NCBI GenBank assembly: GCA_965204755.1
Contig: OZ242011.1
Span: 1,792,001 to 1,856,000, forward strand
Direction: 5' to 3'
Source of the DNA: Candidatus Marinacidobacterium sp.
GTDB lineage: Bacteria; Acidobacteriota; Vicinamibacteria; Marinacidobacterales; Marinacidobacteraceae
DNA: 64,000 bases
A program made the position numbers and the translations under genes. Below the pieces are notes generated by a model. The model had not been told where the DNA came from. It ran no database searches and was given only the letters and a program-made list of their open reading frames with translations. Below are positions 56,786-64,000 of the stretch, in pieces. Every line of letters begins with the position of its first letter. Position 1 is the first letter of the stretch.

Positions 56786-57859
56786 ATGAGTACAACCGAT
56801 TCGTCGCCGCGGGAGAGCGGCCAGCGTTCGGCGACATCTGCCCCGGAGCGGGTGTCCGGACCGCAGACCGGCAGGAAACGGTCTTCCCTTCCAGTTTCCA
56901 CTTTTCGCGTCGCCGTTGCGATGTCGTTCGTGATCTACTGGATTTGGGGCGTCCTCACCTATCCGTTTTTCGACACCTTCGCCGACGATTTTCCGTTCGC
57001 GGACCGCGGCCCCGAGAGTCTCGCGTCTTCGGCGGTCGTGGTTGTGTTGTTCGCGGCCGTTGCCGTCGTGGGTTGGCTGAAGAACCGCGCGGAGTTTCGC
57101 CGCGCCGTCAAGGCCGTCGAGCAAGATCCGACATCCCGCATCTCGCCGCGAATACACCGGTTCCTCGAGAGGATAGATCCGACCTTCGCCCAACGGAAGG
57201 ACGGATGGAGTCGTCGCGCAGCCGAGTTCGTCGATGAAGATCTGGAGTCTCCCGACTCATTGCGAGAAGCAGTAAGCCAGTATTTCGCCAAGATCGCCCC
57301 GACGATGGCCTTTCTAACGTCGTCGAAGAAGAGGAAGATCGTCCGGCTTCGTGGCGCCATCGAGAGACTCCCCGAGTCAGTGCGAAGAAACGAAGCTCGC
57401 GAGTGGATGGCCCCGACTCGCAGCGCCTTCGAGATATTGTTTCTCGTCTTCATGCCGACTTATCTGGTCGTCAATGTGGCCGAGTGGATGGCCGGTCGAC
57501 CTTACTGGGGAGGGATCCGATTCGAGGCCTTCTTCGCATCGTTAGCCGTGACCTTCGTGTCGATCGTCATAGCGACTATCGTTCGTGTGCAACGAACGCG
57601 GAAGGACTTCGGCGAGTCGCTGGAGGGCGCATCCACCGTAGGCCTGTCAGGTCTCGCGATCGCGGAGGTGGTCGTCAATGGCCCGAGAAGCGTGGCGCAT
57701 TTCCTCGGCATGTGGTTGGCCCGCTTTTTCCTGCTTCTGAGAGTACGCAAGTGGACCACTACGATCGTGTTCGTTGGCACCCTGCTTCTTCTCTCACGAG
57801 CCTTCGTCGCTCTGTACTGCGTCATGCCTTGGACTTCACCCTGCACCACACTATTCTGA
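56786..57859 (+). CDS. Multi-pass membrane protein of unknown function (lower GC)
   Basis: About six hydrophobic segments separated by a ~110-aa soluble domain; contains ACGT and AGCT sites that native genes lack. Confidence 0.65.
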   Translation: MSTTDSSPRESGQRSATSAPERVSGPQTGRKRSSLPVSTFRVAVAMSFVIYWIWGVLTYPFFDTFADDFPFADRGPESLASSAVVVVLFAAVAVVGWLKNRAEFRRAVKAVEQDPTSRISPRIHRFLERIDPTFAQRKDGWSRRAAEFVDEDLESPDSLREAVSQYFAKIAPTMAFLTSSKKRKIVRLRGAIERLPESVRRNEAREWMAPTRSAFEILFLVFMPTYLVVNVAEWMAGRPYWGGIRFEAFFASLAVTFVSIVIATIVRVQRTRKDFGESLEGASTVGLSGLAIAEVVVNGPRSVAHFLGMWLARFFLLLRVRKWTTTIVFVGTLLLLSRAFVALYCVMPWTSPCTTLF

Positions 57860-57941
57860 ATTCTGAAGAAGCGCCCGCCGATGTCGTTGCCTTCGGGGCT
57901 CGTGCGAAGGAAGTGACGGATGTCGCCGGAGGTCGGACCAT

Positions 57942-59567
57942 TCACATGCCCCAGATGCGAATCGTCAGGGCCGCGCCCTCGGTCGGCGGCGAGTCCGGCG
58001 TGACCTCCCAAGTCCGCGGCGCCTCCGGGTCGGCCGTCCTCCGCACGGAGAGGGCTCGCTCGAAGATCCTCTCTTCCCAGGTCTTGTTCCCGGCGTCGTC
58101 GATCACGACGAGGTGACCCTCCTCGGCGTCGCAGCGGTCGAGATACCGCGCCGTCTGCGCCGCGCCCTCGCGGATGACCGTCTCGAGCGCGTCGTGTTCC
58201 CGGCGCACCTTGCACTCCACGACGAACCGCTGGAGCCGGTCGGACGCGCGCCATTCGATCAGCAGGTCGCTCCGACCCATTCCGAGGGCGTACTCCCGGA
58301 CGATTCGTCCCCCGGCGTTGACGATCCGCTGGAGGAACGCCTGCAGCAGCACCTGCACCGCCGCCTCCCGGAAAGAGAACCCCTGCGCCCACCACTCGGA
58401 GTGTTCGCGGAAGAACCCCTGGAACGCCGTCAGCAGTTTCGGGACATCCAGACTGCGGTCTGCGCGAAGGAACGGTGTGTTGTCCGCGCTGAGGCGCGGT
58501 TCCGCCGCCACCGACAGGAGTCGGGGCACGACTTCGCGGTATATCGGGTTCGCGATTTCGACTTCCCCGTTCGCCTTGGTCAGGCCGAGCGCCCGCACAT
58601 AGGCCAAGTCGGTCCGGTCCGTCGAGAGGAACCGGGCGCGGCCGGCGAGGATGGGTTCGATCACCCGACGCACGCGCGGTTCCTTCAGTCGGTCGGCGAA
58701 GTGCCGCAGGAGGATCGGGCTGTAGAGGATCAGTCGGTCCCGTGCGGCTGCCACGGCATCCCTCTCGATGGTCCGCGACCGATCCCGGCCGGCCTCGTTC
58801 TCGAAGCAGACATCTCTCGCCAGCGCGTTCACCAGCCACGGTTGGCCGGCGGTCGCGTCCCAGATCTCTTGGACAGCATCCGGAGCGAATCCCTGTCCGG
58901 TCTCCTGCGTGTGCTGACCAAAAAGCCCCTCGACTTCGCCTCGTGAGAAGTCCGGCAGCCGCAGCGACTCCGACACGATGTTGAACGAACCGGCGTCTCC
59001 CAGCGGATAGTCCCGCAGGTCCCGGAGGCCGCAGAGGACCACGCAGCGAGGGAAACGGCGCGGGCGGCGCGCGAAACGGGCGCGCAACTGGCTGAGCAGC
59101 GCGAACAGCGTGTCCGCGTCCAGGCCGTCCACTTCGTCGAGCAGCAGCACGAGGCGCTCACCGCCCGTCGTCTGCGCCCACCGCGCGAGCGACGCTCCGA
59201 TCGCATCCGCCGGGCCGCGCTTGTCGAGTTCTCCCGGCCAGATGCCATCCAGCGAATCGTCATCGAGACACGCGACAGCGGCCTCGCCGATCGCGCTCAA
59301 GACGCCGCGGACGGCCGCCTCCCGGCCTCCGCCCACCCTTCGCGCCGACTCGACGCTGGCGTACAGGGAGCGCCAACCCTCCGCAGCGAGGCGCTCCCGG
59401 AGCGCGCCGAGGACGGAGGTCTTGCCGGTCTGCCGGGGCGCGTGGAGGACGAAGTACGCGCGGCCTTCCACCAAGTCGAGGATCCGCGGGAGGTCCAGCC
59501 GGCCCAGCGGGGACACGGCGTAGTGGACTTCCGGGTCCACCGGCCCCGCCACGCTGAAACGCCGCAT
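57942..59567 (-). CDS. AAA-like ATPase fused to C-terminal PD-(D/E)XK nuclease
   Basis: APRQTGKTS Walker A, LLLDEVD Walker B, FNI, GQPWLVNAL, REY..G.GRSDLL...VVECK nuclease motif. Confidence 0.85.
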   Translation of the reverse strand: MRRFSVAGPVDPEVHYAVSPLGRLDLPRILDLVEGRAYFVLHAPRQTGKTSVLGALRERLAAEGWRSLYASVESARRVGGGREAAVRGVLSAIGEAAVACLDDDSLDGIWPGELDKRGPADAIGASLARWAQTTGGERLVLLLDEVDGLDADTLFALLSQLRARFARRPRRFPRCVVLCGLRDLRDYPLGDAGSFNIVSESLRLPDFSRGEVEGLFGQHTQETGQGFAPDAVQEIWDATAGQPWLVNALARDVCFENEAGRDRSRTIERDAVAAARDRLILYSPILLRHFADRLKEPRVRRVIEPILAGRARFLSTDRTDLAYVRALGLTKANGEVEIANPIYREVVPRLLSVAAEPRLSADNTPFLRADRSLDVPKLLTAFQGFFREHSEWWAQGFSFREAAVQVLLQAFLQRIVNAGGRIVREYALGMGRSDLLIEWRASDRLQRFVVECKVRREHDALETVIREGAAQTARYLDRCDAEEGHLVVIDDAGNKTWEERIFERALSVRRTADPEAPRTWEVTPDSPPTEGAALTIRIWGM

Positions 59568-59807
59568 GCGTTGAGTATGGCCGGACCGCCGAGGAGGCGC
59601 GGGTTGCCGGAACGGCTCCGCCGCCCAGCCCGGCCCTGACCGCCCGGGCGCCCGGCCTCGCCGGGATCGAGACCCGAATTCGGCCTCGTGGGGCCCGCTC
59701 ACCGTCAATTTTCCGTCGTTCAACGGAGAACCCAGCGCGCCCGACCCCCGGCGGGCGAAATTCGGCGCCCTACCGAACCGAGCCCGCCGGAGGTCTCACC
59801 GAACACC

Positions 59808-62687
59808 ATGCACGAATACGACCGCGCCGCCGTTCGCGGCTACCTGTTGAACGCCGTCCGCGTCGCGCTGCGGAACCGCAAGGCCGCGGCGCGGCTGGCC
59901 GACTGGGTTCGCTCCAACCGCGGCGAACTGGACGAGGAGGGGATCGCGGACCTCTACGCCGTCTGCGAGACCCGCGAAGAACCCGACTCCGACCCGAACG
60001 GCTACCGAGGAATGGTTCGCGGCGGGTTCGAGTCGCCGCGCCGGGCGACCGATCGGGACCTCGCCTTCCTCTCCGAGGTCGCCGCCGCCCTCGCCGAGAC
60101 ACCGATCCTCACGCCCGGAGACGAACTCTTCTCGCGAAGCCCCACCGCTCGAGCAGCGCACCTGTTCGCGTCCCGGCTCGGATTCGACGGCGTTTCGGCT
60201 GCCGTGATCCACCTGGGTCATCTCCACGAAGAATCGGGAGTCGTCCAGAGTCTTTGGGACAACATCCACGAAAGCCGCAAGGACCCCGTCGCAACGACCG
60301 CGCTCCTGCTCGGCGCCGGTACGAAACCGGTGGACCACGCGCTGCTCGCGCTGCTCGAGGCCGGCATCTTCCGTCGCGATCGCTGGAATTCGTCGTCACT
60401 CGTCAGCAGTGTCACCGGCGGCATCGAGTCGATCTGGCAACCGCCGGTCGAGAACGACCGCCAACTCGTCGAACGCCTGCTCACGGGCCCCACCGAGCCG
60501 TCACTGGCGCTCGACCAGTTCTCCCACCTGCCGGACCGCGACGAAGCCGTCGCCCTCCTGGCCGGCGCCCTTCGGGACGCGGCCCCGGGAGTGAACCTCC
60601 TCCTGCACGGCCGCCCCGGGACCGGCAAGACCGAATTCGCCAAGACCCTGGCGGCCGCGGCGGGCGGTTGCCTCTACTCCATCGGCGAACCCGTGCCCGA
60701 CTCCGCTTCCTGGAAGCGTGACGGCGACCGGTGCCCCGAACTGCGCCGCGCCGACCTTCTCCTGAAGACGGAGCGGAAAGCGGTACTGCTCTGCGACGAA
60801 TCGGACGATGTCTTCGCCCCGCAGAGGCACGAAGAATCTCGCGATCGCCTCTTCCGGCTCCGGCTCCTCGAAGAGAACCGGACGCCCACGATCTACACGG
60901 CGAACCGAATCGACACCCTCGACGAGGCCGTGCTGCGCCGCTTCACGATCGCGCTGCGCTTCACCGCCCTCTCCCCGCGCCGGCGGACGACGATGTTTCG
61001 CCGAATGCTCGAAGAATCGAAACTTCCCGAACTGGAGGCCGCCGAAGCAAACCCGGAACTCGCAAATCGCCTGTCGGTCGAACTCGAAGCCCCGCCCGGA
61101 GTCGTGGAACGGGCGATCCTCGCCACCCGACTCACCGGAGGCGGAAAAGCCGCCCTGTTCCGCCACGCGGAGCGCCTAGAACGCACGATCTCCGGCGTAC
61201 GCGCGATCCCCCGGCTGGGCGCCCCCGTCCGGCCGAAGCACCCGTGGGCCGCTTTCTCCCACCTCGGCGCGGACGCCGAAGATGCCCGGCGCTCGCTGGC
61301 CGCCGCCGTCTTCGGAGAGCGCGGCGAAACGCCCGAAGAACCGCGCAAGGGAGTGAACTTCCTCTTCTACGGCCCTCCCGGCACCGGCAAAACGGAGTTC
61401 GCCGCGACGCTCTGCGCCGAGATCGGCGCCTGCCTCTATTCCGTCGGTCAGCGGGAGTTCGGCCCCGACGCTCGCGTAGCGGCCGACCGCTGGGAGTGTC
61501 TCGAATACGCGCTGGAATCGCTCGCCGACGAACCGGGCGCGGTAATCCTCTTCGACGAGATGGAGGACCTCCCGGGTATGCCGAAACACTGGATGAACCG
61601 CGTCCTCGAAGAGAACCGGACGCCGATCCTCTGGGCCTGCAACGCGACGGACTACTACCGAGCGTGCGAACCCTTCTTCCTCGACCGGATGCTCCTCTCC
61701 GTGGAATTCCGCTCGCTGCCCCCGCCCGCGAAACGGGAAATCTACGAAGGAATCGTCTTGAAGCGCGGCGTCGCGGACGAGACCTCCGCGGCGCTCGCCG
61801 ACGAGTTCTCCCGGATGCCCGATGTGACCCCGCGCCAGGTAACTCTCGCTTCCGCCTGGCCGGCGGTGGAAGACGGCGACGCCGACGGCATCCGCCGCAA
61901 CCTCGACCGGAAGCGCCGCCTGCGCCGCGGCGCCCCGCCGGCGTCACTCCCGAAGCCGGCCCTCTACGACCCGAAACTCCTCCGCGCCGACTGCGACCTC
62001 CTCGAACTTGCCGACCGGATCGTCCGCTGCGGCCCCCGTCGAATGGGGCTCCTCTTCTCCGGCCCGCCCGGAACCGGGAAGACCGAGTTCGTCCGCCACC
62101 TGGCGAAGCGCTGGGATCGGGAGATCCTGCCGCGCCGCGCTTCGGACCTGCTCGACCGGTATGTCGGGGAGAGCGAGAAGAACATCGCCCGCGCCTTCGC
62201 CGAGGCCCGCGACCTGGACGCGATCCTCGTGCTCGACGAAGCGGACTCGCTGCTGGCCGACCGGCGCGCGGCGCAACACCGCTGGGAACTCGGCCAGGTG
62301 AACGAACTGCTCGGCCAGATGGAGGCGCACCCGCTGCCGTTCGCCTGCACCACGAACTTCGCTGACGCGCTCGATCCGGCTGCCGCGCGGCGCTTCCTGT
62401 TCCGCGCCGAGTTCCGCTGTCTCGACCGCGCCGGCATCGCCCGGGCCTTCCGCCTGTTCTTCGAAGCGGACGCGCCGCCGGAAGCGCTCGCCCTCGAAGG
62501 TCTCACTCCCGCCGACTTCGCGAATGCCCGCGAACGCGCCATCGTCCTCGGCTTCCGGGACGAGCCCGCTCGCATCGTCGAGGACTTGCGCCGCGAGGGC
62601 CGAGCCAAGGGCGGGCCGGAGAGGCCGATCGGGTTCGCTTCCGCCACTTCCGGTCGGCGGTCGCTCCCCGTGACCCCGCCGGCGTGA
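59808..62687 (+). CDS. AAA+ ATPase with three tandem AAA modules
   Basis: Walker A GRPGTGKT, GPPGTGKT, GPPGTGKT; Walker B LCDE, LFDE, VLDE; SRH-like LDEAVLRRF, FFLDRM, LDPAAARRF. Confidence 0.9.
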   Translation: MHEYDRAAVRGYLLNAVRVALRNRKAAARLADWVRSNRGELDEEGIADLYAVCETREEPDSDPNGYRGMVRGGFESPRRATDRDLAFLSEVAAALAETPILTPGDELFSRSPTARAAHLFASRLGFDGVSAAVIHLGHLHEESGVVQSLWDNIHESRKDPVATTALLLGAGTKPVDHALLALLEAGIFRRDRWNSSSLVSSVTGGIESIWQPPVENDRQLVERLLTGPTEPSLALDQFSHLPDRDEAVALLAGALRDAAPGVNLLLHGRPGTGKTEFAKTLAAAAGGCLYSIGEPVPDSASWKRDGDRCPELRRADLLLKTERKAVLLCDESDDVFAPQRHEESRDRLFRLRLLEENRTPTIYTANRIDTLDEAVLRRFTIALRFTALSPRRRTTMFRRMLEESKLPELEAAEANPELANRLSVELEAPPGVVERAILATRLTGGGKAALFRHAERLERTISGVRAIPRLGAPVRPKHPWAAFSHLGADAEDARRSLAAAVFGERGETPEEPRKGVNFLFYGPPGTGKTEFAATLCAEIGACLYSVGQREFGPDARVAADRWECLEYALESLADEPGAVILFDEMEDLPGMPKHWMNRVLEENRTPILWACNATDYYRACEPFFLDRMLLSVEFRSLPPPAKREIYEGIVLKRGVADETSAALADEFSRMPDVTPRQVTLASAWPAVEDGDADGIRRNLDRKRRLRRGAPPASLPKPALYDPKLLRADCDLLELADRIVRCGPRRMGLLFSGPPGTGKTEFVRHLAKRWDREILPRRASDLLDRYVGESEKNIARAFAEARDLDAILVLDEADSLLADRRAAQHRWELGQVNELLGQMEAHPLPFACTTNFADALDPAAARRFLFRAEFRCLDRAGIARAFRLFFEADAPPEALALEGLTPADFANARERAIVLGFRDEPARIVEDLRREGRAKGGPERPIGFASATSGRRSLPVTPPA

Positions 62688-62981
62688 CCGAAACCACTTT
62701 CCTCGAATGAGCGCCCGAACCGCGACCGCTTCTGACGCAGCGACGGTGCAGGATTCGGGATGACGCGCCGCTCGGGAACGCCGCAACGCGATCGTGGCAA
62801 GCCCGCAACGGACGACCGATACCGATGCCATACGCCATAGACCGGTCGCGGCGAATCGCCGGGATCCGCCGACGAGAACGCCAACACGACCGCAGAAGAC
62901 GACCCCGATGAACGAATCCGCCCCCGCCGAACGGGGACACCCATTCCCTCCGTCACCGAATTACCGCCGAGGACGACTTCC

Positions 62982-63980
62982 ATGAACCACACCGACATCG
63001 CCACCGAACTGCCCGCCCCCGCCGCTCCGTCTCCGCGCGCGGCCGCCGATCCGCGCGACCGCTGCTTTTCCACGGGAAGAACCTACGGGCGGCGGCTCGA
63101 CTCCGGATGCCCGGACTGCGAACACCTTCCCGCTCCCGGCGCACGCGCCGGCGATACACCCCGGGTGATTCCGGCCTGCTCCACCTGTTTCCCGGCCGAT
63201 ACGGAACGAAGCGACTACGAATTCACCTTCGAGACTCCCGCCTTCGGCGACTGGATGGAGCGGGATATGGAGAGGGCGTGCCTCCGCTGCGGCGAGCGCG
63301 ACAATCCTCCCTACGGCGTCCTCCGCTGGCGCGGCCGCGCCGCCCCGCCGCGCTGCGACTGCGAGTTGCGCTGGACGGCCGCCGCCACCGCGTGGACGAG
63401 CGCCGCCGGGCTCCTCGTCCTCCCCCGCGGCGCCGCCGTCCCGACCGGCGACGGCCCGCAGGGCGGCCCCGTTCCGGTCCGCGTCTCGCTCTGGAAACGC
63501 GCCGAATACCGAGCCGCCTCCGCCCTCTTCCCCGACCCGGACACCGCCCGGCTCGCGGCGGTCACCGTGGATGCCGAAGGCGCGGTCCTCGAAGTCCGCG
63601 AAGCCGCCTTCCCGGAGAGTCTCGGCGACAGCGCCGAACCCACGCTCGCCGCGCCCGGCCCGATCCTCACCGTCGCCGCCATCCGTCCCGACCGCGCCGA
63701 GGCGCGAAAGGCGGCCCACCACCGCCTCGCCATCGCGCGAAGGCGCGCCCCGCAGCGCCTCGACCTGGACTTCCCGCTGGACCTCCCGCTCGTCGCGCCC
63801 GACCACGAGTTCTCCGACCGAGGCCCCGCCCTCCGTTTCGAGAACTGGCCCGCCGCGCTCGCCGGCGACTGGACGGCGTATTCCGCCACGCGCTTCGACG
63901 ACTCCCGGCTCCTGACCGCGGAACGCCCCGGCCGCCACACCTGCGCGGCGTGCGTCCCGGCCCCGAAGGAGTCGCCATAG
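62982..63980 (+). CDS. Cys-rich hypothetical protein
   Basis: CPDC, CSTC, CLRC, CDC and terminal CAAC motifs; native-like codon usage. Confidence 0.6.
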   Translation: MNHTDIATELPAPAAPSPRAAADPRDRCFSTGRTYGRRLDSGCPDCEHLPAPGARAGDTPRVIPACSTCFPADTERSDYEFTFETPAFGDWMERDMERACLRCGERDNPPYGVLRWRGRAAPPRCDCELRWTAAATAWTSAAGLLVLPRGAAVPTGDGPQGGPVPVRVSLWKRAEYRAASALFPDPDTARLAAVTVDAEGAVLEVREAAFPESLGDSAEPTLAAPGPILTVAAIRPDRAEARKAAHHRLAIARRRAPQRLDLDFPLDLPLVAPDHEFSDRGPALRFENWPAALAGDWTAYSATRFDDSRLLTAERPGRHTCAACVPAPKESP

Positions 63981-64000
63981 CGCGCCTTCCTTCCCGCCAG

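Noticed and set aside
53184-64000. Integrative element inserted at tRNA-Arg/tRNA-Glu
   Set aside because: No integrase, transposase or duplicated tRNA 3' end found in the window; genes directly after the tRNAs look native.

Overview
Very GC-rich (roughly 70-73% by eye) bacterial chromosomal segment spanning the replication-origin region; Acidobacteriota is suggested by the DnaA 'HHSTV' motif, the split atp operon and the elb cluster, but this is inference. Left to right: a TPR protein; a three-gene secreted/Tat operon; a lipid block (CDP-alcohol phosphatidyltransferase, DAG-kinase family, an elbB-C-D-E-type ether-lipid cluster, fabH); YyaL; the atpF'FHAGDC operon (no atpB/atpE); bactofilin-parB-parA-parS-rsmG-yidC-yidD-rnpA-rpmH; dnaA-oriC-dnaN-gyrB-gyrA; pyrE; a low-GC two-gene islet with a UDG-superfamily gene; uvrD; a reduced glmS/glmU pair; rsmI; a 33-bp tandem array next to a candidate structured RNA; sugar epimerase and aminotransferase; rhomboid; pspC; tRNA-Glu(CTC) and tRNA-Arg(ACG); and an accessory block with an AAA-PD-(D/E)XK nuclease, a triple-AAA+ ATPase and a Cys-rich protein. 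The most notable observations are three. (1) An oriC with normal architecture but apparently non-canonical DnaA boxes (NNWTCCGAA-like instead of TTATCCACA), paired with a DnaA altered in its DNA-recognition helix and lacking the sensor-II arginine. (2) Near-total depletion of ACGT and AGCT from native DNA, including the parS site. (3) The helically phased 33-bp array and the adjacent structured element. All motif counts were made by eye and need computational confirmation.
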